DNA of 64,000 nucleotides. It comes from the human T2T-CHM13v2.0 reference genome, Homo sapiens. A program made the translations under genes and the position numbers. This document shows positions 12,200 to 23,525 of this stretch, one piece after another. Position 1 is the stretch's first letter; each line of letters opens with the position of its first letter. The stretch is from the NCBI RefSeq assembly GCF_009914755.1, contig NC_060927.1; one strand, written 5' to 3'. A model generated the notes under the pieces. The model was given only the letters and a program-made list of their open reading frames with translations. It ran no database searches and had not been told where the DNA came from.

Positions 12200-12700
12200 C
12201 CTATACATTGGTTGTCAGGTCCGATCGATCATCAAGTCCAGTTGTTTCTAACACCTAGCTCTCTCCCTAAACTACCCGCTCCTTCCTCTGCACTGAGACA
12301 TAATCTCTTGCCCCCAAATTCAGTGGCCTCTGAAGAGGTGCTTTTAGACTCTGCCCTCCTCTAATCCCCATTGTCTGTCCTACATTGACTTCTAAAATAT
12401 GGATCTGGCCTTGTCAATACCCTGACTAGATGCTTTAATGCCTTTAAGGATAAGAACTGAAATCTTTACCATTGCAAAAAGTGGTCTCAATCATCTGTGC
12501 AATCTGAGACTTTCCCCAGGCCCTTCAGTCCAGGCACATGGATAGTCCTATTGTTCCTAGAAGACGTCATGCTCTTTTATGCCTCTGTGCACTTGTACAT
12601 GCTGTTTTGTTTGCCGGGATCACCTTTGCCCCTTTACTACATTACTGTGCACTGTCCTATCATATTCTACCTTCAAGAATCAGGTAAAACATCACCAAGC
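12200..12700 (+). mobile_element. L2 LINE fragment
   Basis: aatgcctttaaggataagaactgaaatctt, tgcctctgtgcacttgtacatgctgtt, taccttcaagaatcag; degenerate, approximate. Confidence 0.55.
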
Positions 12701-13696
12701 CCATTTGGGGAGTTTGCACTCCCCAGTTTTTGGCCTCTGGAGCATTTGCACGTATCTTTATTTGATGATGGTTCCCTAGCATTCATTCCCTCTTTCTTTG
12801 ACCAGTGGTTCTCAGATCCCTGGGGATCTGTCTCTCCTCCATTGTCAGGTTATGGGGATTGGCTTGACCTCACACTCAACCCAAATGATGGCTCTCACTG
12901 ACTTAAGAATATTTCACTTTCCTGGCTCCAGTGACTGGCTCAAGGGTGATCTGAGCCAGTCCAATTAGCATGAACCCAAAACCATACTGTGGTTGTGACA
13001 CACAGACATCACTTCTCTTCTGGGTTTGGTGGTATGAGGCTTAGATTCCTATGACCATCCCCCTGCAACAAGGAGAACCTTCCTGAGGCTATAAACAAGC
13101 ACTTTAAGGAGGAAGAGTTGAGAGAAGGAGCCTAGAAACATCAGTGAACCCCCAAATCAGGGCAAGGCTAAAGCTAGTTCTGCCTTCTAAACTACTCTTC
13201 ATGAGCCAAAAACAAATAAAAGTTAACTAACTGAAACTGACTAACCACCATTTTTTGGATAACCCAGCATAGGTAAAGTTTGTTTATTTACATTTATCTT
13301 TGCATTTCAACATGTAACAGCCACCTGGGGACATCATAGTTATTCAGTAAGCGTTTATGAAAAGATGGGAAGGAAGGAGACTTGTAGTTTTTCCTAAGTA
13401 TTTTCTGCTTGGCTATGTAAGTAGCAAAACTTTGCTCTGATATTTTTAGATTTCAATCCTTTTGTATTTTATTTCTTGGAAAAAATATGGAAAAAATGTT
13501 TCAGTAAAAGCAAAGGACTTACACAAGAAAAAATCAGGAATTTCTGTTTCTCATTTATTTTTACCAAGGAGCCTATCAGAGAATTTGCAGGACGTGACAT
13601 TGTCTGTCCCTGGAAGGCACTAGAAATTGAGGGACTGTAAATTTGCAGCTGTTGAAATAAAGTGTTAGATTTTGGTTTTTAAATAATACTCTATTT

Positions 13697-14183
13697 TGTG
13701 CCAATTATCTTCTTTCTCCAGATGCACTCTCTTTGCTTCTCTACCCTGCTCTGCAACCCAGAAGGCAGACCTGCATGGCCTACATCAATAAGAGGCCTTA
13801 TCATTTGGTTTGGCCAATGGGAATCCCCAGCAGGTGGCAGGGTGGGAGTAGTGGGTAGGAGTAGTGGGTAGGAGAAGAAGAAAATGTGGTTGGGGTATTT
13901 ATGTCCCCATTGGGTATTTATACTCTCCTTGCAGGGGATCATCTAAGGCTGACTCTGTCTCTTGACCAGAGGTAGTTTAGTCCTTGATAATGGGCTCTAG
14001 GCAGCCTACTCTTTATGACTCTGTCTACCTTGGTTCTAGCAAATATTCCCTCCTCTCTTTTGCAACTCACCCTAGGTTACTGCAGCAACCCTTACAATTC
14101 TTCTACACCTTTGCAAATAAACTCATTTGAACTGCCTAATTTGAGTGTGCCATCTGTTTTCTGGTGGGAACCCAAGTGATACA
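13697..14183 (+). mobile_element. LTR33-like ERVL solo LTR
   Basis: TG..CA ends; ttggtttggccaatggg, ggggtatttat, gagtgtgccatctgttttctg..tgataca; similar to 63336-63813. Confidence 0.7.
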
Positions 14184-17100
14184 TGTATATTTCAGAAATA
14201 AAAAAATTAAACAGGAACAATACAAATCTAATCCACTTTTATGCCGCTACATGAAATATTATCTTTTAAGATTGGTGGAAGAATAGAATCCATGTTAGCT
14301 GTGCCCATAGAAAAATGACTAAAAAGACAAATCAGAGAGGAGAAATGCTTAGAGGGCTTCCTTGGTTGTATTCAAGCAGGTCTTCCCGTTGCACAACCTC
14401 AGGGGTGTCATTCACAGGATAATTCAGGCTAACTTTAGGAAATTTTGACAACCAGAACTATTTCTGTTTAATATATAGAGAATGAGAGGAAATCAAGTAC
14501 CTTTATTTGGGTGAAATGAGGTTAAAACTGGTACTAACAAGAGCCACAAAGAGAAAAAGAAATCTCCAAACAACTCAGCTTCTTTTGGCCTTGGGTTTTG
14601 CTCCTTTAGTGTAAAACTTCTGAAATAATACAGACCAAGAGTGGTGATTCAAAGTAAGAAACTTTGGTTTAGAGGTTTGTTCAGGTCAGAATACATGATA
14701 TATTTTTTTTTCTAGCACCAATTGGCAGAACTACCAGTTTCCTAAGGCTTGTGCTATATCCTTGTCTAATTCTTTAGTCATGACTGGGACCAAAGTTTGG
14801 GAACTTCCTGCATCCTAGTTTGGGAAAGGGTGGATCATCATGATTTCCCATTCCTGAAGGTTGCCGCTGCTCCTACTTGATCTTTGCAACAGTTGTGTTC
14901 TCTGAGAAGTGTTTCTAACTTCTCTCCCAATGTCTACCCTTCTTTTTGATGCTCCTCCTTTTTCACGGCCATGCTTCCCATCTTGCGAACAGGGCTGTGC
15001 CTCTATCTCAGCTTGGCTTTCTCTGAAGTGCAGCTGTAGCAGTGTGGAGTTAAAAATAACGACATCTTGTGAGACTAGGAAGGAGGATGAGAGTGGGGAG
15101 CAGGAAGCATGTTCATTAATGGCTTTTAAATTTCCAAATGACCCCTCTGAGTCACTAACAGACTTGGCTAAGAACATCTCTGACAACTTGGAGGGGGAAA
15201 GAGGTGTTTCTGTGTTGTACTCTGAGTGTGTTATGAGGGTTTATGTTAACAAGGAGGGAAAAAAATACTTGCCCATACTGACAATGAGCTGAATTTCATG
15301 CTGTGAGAAACCAGAACAAACTGTTAATTCTGGTGTAAGTCAGCTGTCCAAGAATCCTGCATCCTGACTGCTTGCCCTGGTATCACAATGTTCACTAATT
15401 AGCCAGCATTCTTACTATGTGGGCACATGTTCTATACACAGGGCAAGCCAAAGGTTCTATAGTGAAACCTCACTCATTCATACCTATTGGAAGTGGCCAT
15501 CAGGCTTAATGAGAAATCTCAGTTATGGGATAGTTATTTCAGGTGTATAGTTCTCAAGAATACATAATAATATAAATGCATAACGTAAGAAATGCAAAGA
15601 CAGGTATTTTTCCAGCCCCGCTTTAATGGATAAAAATCCAGGGTTATTCATGTATTTAGTGTTAAAAGAGGCGTAAGATACTATGTTTTTTAAACTTAAT
15701 TTTTTAAAGACACAGTCAAGTGGAGAAGTAAATTTGTATACAATCACATTTAGAGATGATGAGTTCCATAATCAGAGTGTGTATGGTATTAATGGTGCAG
15801 AGAAGACACAGTTTGGCTTGGTGGAAAGAGGGGCAAGAGCCAGGGAATGCTTCTGGAAGGGACGTGGGAGTTGAGCTGGAGTTGGATTAGGGTGGGTACT
15901 CTAGGCAGAGCAAATAGCATGTGCAAAGGTACTATGGCAGGGAAACAGACTGTACTTATGTTAACTGGTATTTTGTTTGCAGTTTATTCAAAATAATGGA
16001 GAATGCTCTCCTTTAGGGGAAAAGGTCATGAAAGGGCTCCTGCCTATGTACAATGCTTACCTTAATTAATAAGCCAACACTCACGTCAATGAACTTTAGT
16101 CTAAAAGCATAATGCTTTGAAGAAAAGAAAATTTCCAAATATTTCCTGAACATTAAAGACAGGTGTTATGGCTTTGATAGTTTAGACAAAATATAGACTG
16201 CATGCATTTCAGTTCATGTTGATACAGATACTTTCAGGAATCTGAAAATATCTGTACTTTCAGGTCACAGATGTGAACAGAACACAAGATGTCTGGAAAA
16301 TTCCACCATAGCACAGAGGCATAAGGAAGTATGTTGTGTGGGGGCTGACAAACATGCTCAATATTGGTGTGTCTGCAAGTCTACTAAATTTATTTCAAAG
16401 AGTTTATTCTCTTATCAAGGTTAAATGCCTTCAGCATCTTGTTCAAACTGTTTATTGCATAGCAAACATTTCTCCAGAATGGCAGAAAGATAAGGGCTTG
16501 GAGCAGTGACGGAAATCAAATGAGCTAATTTCAAACCAGTGCACTTGCATTCCGCATTAGACATTAGAGACAATTTCTTGAAAAAAAGATCTTTAAACTG
16601 TTAGCTTGATATTAATTTAAAACTACTAAATCATCAATACATTGTGCCAGTTTCCCTGCTTCCCTGCAGGACATCTACAATGATCTGCACTCCTCATGGC
16701 TGCTCACTAAGCAAACTGTCAGACTGCACTGGGTTATTGAATTGGAGTGGAAGAAGCACAGGCTGAGACTGTCGGTGAGCTGAGGGTTGCTGCTCAGGAA
16801 GGCATGGGCAGCTCGCTGACCAGGAATGCCTCTGCCTCCCCTTGCTTTGTTTGAGAACTTGGCCCTGCTCTATGGAGCAGGGCCTCCATTTTACTTGGGG
16901 TACATTTCACTTTTTCTGAAGTGTTGTGTAAAGAACAGAATTTAGGCTAGATATGAATGTATACAGATCTCATTCTTAGTTTTCACACTATCCTGGGTTA
17001 TAATTCTGGATTGTATCTGTAGTACAGAAAATTTGGGTGATTTCCTATGCATTCTGTTTATGCTTTCTGGAGGTCAGAGGGCTCCAGCAGATAGAGGTTA

Positions 17101-19029
17101 TTTCCTCAGCCTGTACTAGAGAGAGCCAGTCATCATGATATTTACAAAACACTCGCATCATCCATTCATCTCTGCATGCAAAAGATAATTATTGATCACC
17201 ATGATGTGCCTGACACCATGCTGAGAGCAGCCATGCTAGCTAAAATGGCACCTCACCCATCACCAAACCGGGTCCAGAGATGGTCCTAAAATTCAGGAGC
17301 AAGTGGCAGCACTGACACTAGAAGCTGTGTCTTTTGATCCCAGACCCTGGGCTTTCTCTGCTCCCCACAGGGTTCCCTGGGAGTGGGCTGGGACTGTACC
17401 TGGCAGGCACCTGCATCTGGAAGCCATGCTTCAGTGTCTCTTGGCTGGGTATTGCCCTTCTGGAAAAATCCCTTCCACTTTCAAAGTTATTTTATTATTT
17501 ACTTGCTCAAAGAGGACATGGGGTAAACAAATTCGTGGGTGGGTGCCTCATAGTATGATTTTCCACAGGGTTTGGTCCAGGAAGCAGAGTTGGCCAAATG
17601 CAATGTGGAGGTTTCAAAGATTTTTTAAAAGAGAGAAAAATTCCTTTGTGAATGATAATGAAATCCAAGCTGTCAGGCTGTGTTTGGTGTCAAACAGAGA
17701 TTTGAGATGGTCCTCAGTATGAGTGTGGGCAGTGAAAAAAGGGGTGCAGTGGAGTGTCCTCTCATCCATGCTGAGAGAATATTGAAGAGGAGTCAGAAAT
17801 GAGAATCAAATTATCATGACTGAAAATTTTCATACCTTATTCTGGGGAACTATATATCAAAGGGGGAGAACAAAAAAAGTCACAAAATGCATTACTAATT
17901 AGAAATTGTCTTCAAGGTTTGCTTACTGCCTGATGCATTCCAGCAAATTATTACTTTTGAACTTGTTAAATAATTATCTGCAATGGTTAATATTTGTAAT
18001 ATGCAAACATGCATTAGTTTTAGATATATGGCCAATGCAATGGGTTGGATTTCTGGGTAATCATCAGTTGCTTCGTCTGGATATTATCAAAACAGGTAGA
18101 TGCCTTTCAGCCCTAATATAATTGACTAAATTCTAAAATCAATCTCTCAGCTTAACAACCCCAGGTCCTATGCCAATGCCCACACACAGGATGATCAATT
18201 AAGCACTATTGTGGAAAAGGCATTCAAAGGGCAGTTTGTTCCTTGCTATCATATTATGCCCCATGAAGATGGAAATAGATGATTCAGTAACGGAAAACTC
18301 AGCCAATTTACTTACCCATGGCCAAGAGACTGGCTTACTTTGACACTTCTCATAATTCTGTGGTGATTACTCAAAGGAAATGAATGACTCCAGGAAACTG
18401 AGGGATATGTCTATCTATGTGACAGTCCAGGTGGTGTCTGAACTTGTGGCAGGTTGCCCAACAGAATTTCTTATCTGAGATGTGGAAAGCCCAGCAAGAG
18501 CTGTTCACAGGAAGAGGCTCTGAGGAGGAGCTAGAATTGGAGGAAGAGTTTGGGCTCTCAAGTCAAAACCGGAAGGGAAACAGGGCCAGAAGGGGTGATG
18601 CTGGCTAATGTGGCTGCACAGAGAGTTTTGTCCTCCAGATTTCAGGTATCTGATGATACTGATGAGCTCTTTACTGGGGTGCAAGGAAGCCTTGTAAGGG
18701 AACTTCATGATCCCCCACCATGTTAGTTCAGTGAATCAAGCATCTTCCTGGTTCCCAGTTTTAGTGATAGTTCATCCTGTAGATGCAGCTATAGGAGGTG
18801 GAGTGATAGAAAGAACAGAGGCTGTGTGCAGACCAGGGAAGAGGCAGTACATTCTTCACCTGGAACACTCAAGTCCAAGCAGAGAAAAATTTTCTAACCT
18901 TTCCCAGGGGTATTTTCAGTTTATTGATCTCTCTAGAAAACTTGAAAATCCTCAAAGGAATAAAGTGTTAGTGATGGTTTCAGATACTATGAAAGATGAT
19001 GGGGTAGATTTCTTTTATGAATAAAAAAA

Positions 19030-19770
19030 TGCTGTTTTTCCTTCAGTCATTCCACAATCAAGAGCTAATTATGAAATCCCTACTATGTGCAGGCTGTGGG
19101 CCAGGCTTTAGAGATAGCTACAATGGAGCAGAAACAGATTGGTTGGAGGTGCTCCTGGATGTTACTGGCTATGTGGGGGATGCGAAGGGAGACAAGCAGA
19201 CAAATGATTGTAAACTCACACCCACTACCAGGTGGCAAAGGATGACACTTCTGACTCCTAGAGTTTATTGCAGAGGTCTGACCTAAGCAGCTAAGACCTC
19301 CAGAAATTGATGATTGGGTTAAAATCAGAAGGGTAGGCACAGAGGGGAGGCGAGCACTTCAGGCAGAGGAACTGCAAGGAAGCACTTCTGGGATGGGAGG
19401 AGCTTGAGGAAGGCAAAGCTCTGAAAGTGTGTCACATGGAAAGGGCAAGAGGGAAGGTGGTGAGAAGTGCTGCTGGAGCATAAATCCTGGGACCTTGTAG
19501 ATAGTGCAAAATTGTGACCGTGTCAGCTAGATAGTGCAAAATTGTGACTGTGTCAACAGAGTAAGTGGGGAAGCCGTGGAAGGCTTTTAAGGCAATGAGG
19601 AGTGATGTTTCAAAATAAAGACACTCTGACCACTATTTGGAGAATAGATTTGGTGGGACGAGTGGAAGCAGGGAGATCTGGGCCAGATGGAACAGCTCGC
19701 TTAGTAACTAACACCAGTAGGATCTGGTGATGGGCTGAGTATGGGGTAAGGAGGAAGGTGCTGTCCTCCT
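19030..19770 (-). mobile_element. L2 LINE fragment
   Basis: ccctactatgtgcagg, ttcaggcagaggaactgc, gggaagccgtggaaggcttttaag, tggagaatagatt. Confidence 0.65.
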
Positions 19771-19844
19771 GTGTCTGTTAGAAGTGCCAGTATTCTCTTA
19801 GTTACCCAAATAAAACAATGTGGAGTCCTATCAGTCTCTTTCAC

Positions 19845-20143
19845 TTTTTTTTTTTTTTTGTCTTTTGAGACAGAGTCTCGTTCTGTTACCCAAGCTGAAA
19901 TGCAGTGGTGGGGTCATGGCTCACTGCAGCCTCAAATTTTTGGGCTCAAGCAATTCTCTGCCTCAGCCTTTGGAGTAGCTGGAACTAAAGGCATGCATCA
20001 CTATGCCTGGCTAATTTTTCTTTTGTAGAGACAGGGTCTCACTATGTTGACCAGGCTGGTCTTGAACTTCTGAGCTCAAGTGATCTTTCTGCCTTAGCCT
20101 GCCAAAGTGCTCAGATTACAGGAATGAGCCACCTTGCTCAGCC
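19845..20143 (-). mobile_element. AluJ
   Basis: Poly-T then gagacagagtctcg...; AluJ diagnostics ggctcactgcagcctc, gggctcaagc, tgtagagacagggtctcactatg. Confidence 0.93.
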
Positions 20144-20366
20144 TTTTTCCCTTTCTTAAGCTCCATCTCTAATAAGTTGCAAGATTCTGCCAAGGCCACG
20201 ACACACCCACATTGCTAAAGTAGCTTCTGGGGAAAATGAGTGATGCTCTGCTGTCCTCCATGCAGGGTGGGGATTGTTGGGGAAACTCTTGTCAGCCTTG
20301 TCATCTGCCTTTGTTTTGGAGACTCTGGTCATATGTAATAAGCAGTATCCCTTATCTGTTTCTACC

Positions 20367-21130
20367 TGTGACATAAGAAATTTGTATTTGGTCTTTGCCC
20401 CCAGTTCCTGACACAGAGGTCCTAAAACCCTTGGAATTTCTGGAGTGACAGGAGTGTCTTTTGCTCTAGTGAGGCAAGTCTTTAGAGTTCCTGAGTAGCT
20501 TCAGGATGGGAAGGCTAAGCCATGATTAGAAGCTTGGGACTTTCAGGCCCATCCACTGTCTACCAGGGAGGGGAGAGGGGCTGGAGATTGGATTGATAAT
20601 CAATCTTGCCTACGTGATGAAGCCTCCTTAAAAATCCCTAAATGAAGTGGAGAGCTTCTGAGTTGGTAAACATATCCATGTGCCAGAAGGTAGTGTGCCC
20701 CAACTCCACGGGGACAGATACCCCTGTGCTTGGGACCCTTCTAGACCTTGCCCTATGTACCTCTTTCTCTGGCATTTTATTTGTATCCTTTAATAAACTG
20801 GTAAAGTAAGTAAATTTCTTTTTTAGTTTTATGAAATGTTACAGCGAATTATTGAATCTGAGGAGGGGGTTGTGGGAACCCCCAATTTGTACCCAACTTG
20901 GATGGAAGTGTGAGTAGTCTGGGGAACTGCTACTTATGATTGGCATCTGAAGTTGGGGGCAGTCTTGTGGGACTGAGCCCTTAATCTGGGGGTCTATGCT
21001 AATTGCAGGCACTTAGTATCATCTGGTTGGCATCCACAGAGAACTGGAGAACTGCCTGGTGTGGAAAACCCACACGTTCGGTATTAGAATTGTTGTGTGA
21101 GTAGAGAATACTGAGTGTTTTCTTTTGCCA
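20367..21130 (+). mobile_element. MER21 (MER21B/C-like) solo LTR
   Basis: Starts tgtgacataagaaat..ggtctttgcccccagttcctgacacagag; AATAAA near 20792; ttggcatctgaag, gggactgagcccttaa. Confidence 0.85.
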
Positions 21131-21679
21131 CCCAAGACAAAAATGGAAAGACTCATAAAAAATCAGTCCCCAAACTTCCTGTTATTGCTTTCCTTTTTGG
21201 AAGATGGAGAGATTTTGTCAGCTGAGAGCAGATAGTTACCTGACTGCAGTGATCTCAAGGTAGGGCATTCAGCTAAATGATTCCAAGGCCATCTACAGGC
21301 TGGAAAGGATCAGGAAACCACCCAACCGTATTCTTGAATGGTAACAGAATGAAATGATTTAACAAGTTTTCACAGCTCAATTGAAGCCAAAACTAATTTC
21401 TCAAAACTTCTGATCTAGTCATGTCTTCCCAGTGAGTGTAATAAAGGTTGAAACATTCATTCTTGTCACGAGGGGATAATGGGATTGATGTGTTTGCACG
21501 AAACACATCAGGCTGTCGCCCGCCACAAGCAGGATCTTCACACACTGGTCTTTCAGGGTGTACAGCCTTCCTTGGAAATGTCTATTCCTTATCCACCTCT
21601 AGTATTATTCTTTCTTTAAACCTATTACCTATGAGTTAATTGTTAAACAGATAATCATAATTATTATAAGAGTAACTAA

Positions 21680-21900
21680 ATTGTAATTGTTCTCATTTCT
21701 GAGTGCCTACTTCATGACAGGCTAAGTAAGTTTTCTACATTATTTCATTTAATTTTTATAACAATTCTGAGAAGTAGGGACTATTAGCTCATTTGTTTGA
21801 GATGAGAAAAGAGAAGCTATGGAAGTTAGGTAACTTGCAGAATGTATTCAGATATTAATGGCAGAGGTGGGAGTCAAACAAAACCTACGCTCTTGAGCAA
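21680..21900 (-). mobile_element. MIR SINE
   Basis: tgagtgcctact..attatttcatttaat..gatgagaaaa..gaagttaggtaacttgc. Confidence 0.7.
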
Positions 21901-21939
21901 GGCATAAGTCATGGAGAGTTACCTGTGGCCCGCAAGCAT

Positions 21940-22500
21940 CACTCAATTCAATTGACATGTAATGACCTCCTAGTATGTGTGCAGTATAAGAGACGTGAGA
22001 TGGATAAATTTAGTTTCTTCTTGTAGGCCTTAAAATCTGTTGGGGAATTAAACCTATACATCCAGTTAATAGAACAAGATAAGTTTTATTTCGTCCTAAA
22101 GTAGAGGTCAGGCAGAGGTTATGAAAGTGCTGAGGTGGTGGAGGTAAATTTTGACTTGGGGGTTGGTGGTACATGAAGGCACTAGGGAAAGCTTAGGAGA
22201 GGTAGTGTCCTTTCACTTCCATCTTGAAAGATCAGCAAGCATTTGGCAGTTGGTGGAGACAGACAGGGAATTCCACATAGATGCAGCAGCTTGACTGAAG
22301 ACCCTGAGGTGAGAAAATGCACAGCGTGTTCAGGGAACATCCACCACTGCAGTGGCATCACAGGCTACCTGGGGAGGAAGAAAGGGAAGGATCAGAGAGA
22401 GGCTGAACTGAGGTAAGAATGGCCTCCACTGCTGCCTACAGGATTCATATGGAATGGGTGGCCGTGGAAGATTTTTCGAGGAGAGAGATGACATAATTCC
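21940..22500 (-). mobile_element. L2 LINE fragment
   Basis: cactcaattcaa..cctcctagtatgtg, tcttgaaagat, gaagaccctgaggtgagaaa..cgtgttcagggaac. Confidence 0.6.
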
Positions 22501-22556
22501 TTTCATTATGTGGGAGAGTAAAGCACTCAGGGTTTGTTAGCTGGTGCTCAGTGTGG

Positions 22557-22640
22557 TATTAGATTGATTTTTATGAAATTGCTGACATAGGACCATTTTC
22601 AAAATACAAAAATCACAATTTCATATGGTTCAACATAACA
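22557..22640. mobile_element. MADE2-like mariner MITE
   Basis: ~80 bp with imperfect inverted termini tattagattgatttttatgaaattg / caatttcatatggttcaacataa. Confidence 0.8.
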
Positions 22641-23299
22641 CAGTTCAAGATTTTGCTTTGCTTCTGGAAAAGCCTTTGGATATAGTGGGTAGCTACAAAT
22701 TTGGGGTCTCCTGGCCCTCGCAGATCCTCAGAAGCACTGTTGAGGTCTGCTGACTTTTATTATTTTAACTTAGGCAATACGTTAATGAAATAGAATCTTA
22801 CTTATTTCAAGCTGGAATTTGATTAACTAAGGATGGTAACCTTAGCTACTTCATGCTGATCCAAGCCCTTGATTAGTTGTAGATGAAATCATTATTTCTA
22901 GTATTTATAGGGAGGAGGTAGATGGGAAATGAAGATTTAAAAGGTCTCTGATGGTAAGAACTACTGGCTGCTGCAGATTGCTGCTGAAAGCTGGCATGAA
23001 CATAGGCATGCCATGTTTCCAGGCAACCTTGGGTGGTCCTGGGCTTGCAATTACATTCCGTCATTCTTCAAATGTTTTCTGAGTGCCTAAATGTTTTGTG
23101 AACAGTTCTAGGCACTGAAGAGATGGTTGGAAATAAGCTAGATAACTTGTTTATCTGGTCCTTAGGTTTTCCGCCCAAACTAGAATGAATAACATTTGAC
23201 AAAACTGTTGTTAAGAAAGACTGTCTAGTACTAACCCTGTGCATGAATGAGGCAGAGTAGACTCTGGGGGAAGATAGGGTGGGATGGGGGCAAGAGGAA

Positions 23300-23525
23300 C
23301 ATTCAGTAGTCCCTACTTAGTGCCAGACACTGGGCTTTTAACTCATTTTCTCCTTTAAATTCCCCTACTTTTGGACAATTAGGTAGTTTTATCCCTGCTT
23401 GACAGATGAGGAAATTGACTCTCAAAGAAATTGAGAAAATTGCTGCCAGTTGCCCAGCATGAGGGTGGTGGAGCAGAGTTTAAGCCCACATCTGTTTGTC
23501 CAGCACCTGAGTTCTTTCCATCAGC
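23300..23525 (-). mobile_element. MIR SINE
   Basis: gtgccagacactg..gacagatgaggaaattgactctcaaaga. Confidence 0.75.

Noticed and set aside
14815-15292. Overlapping 123-aa and 127-aa ORFs in unique DNA
   Set aside because: No recognisable domain, the 127-aa frame starts at GTG, and no convincing exon structure; lengths are within chance for 64 kb.
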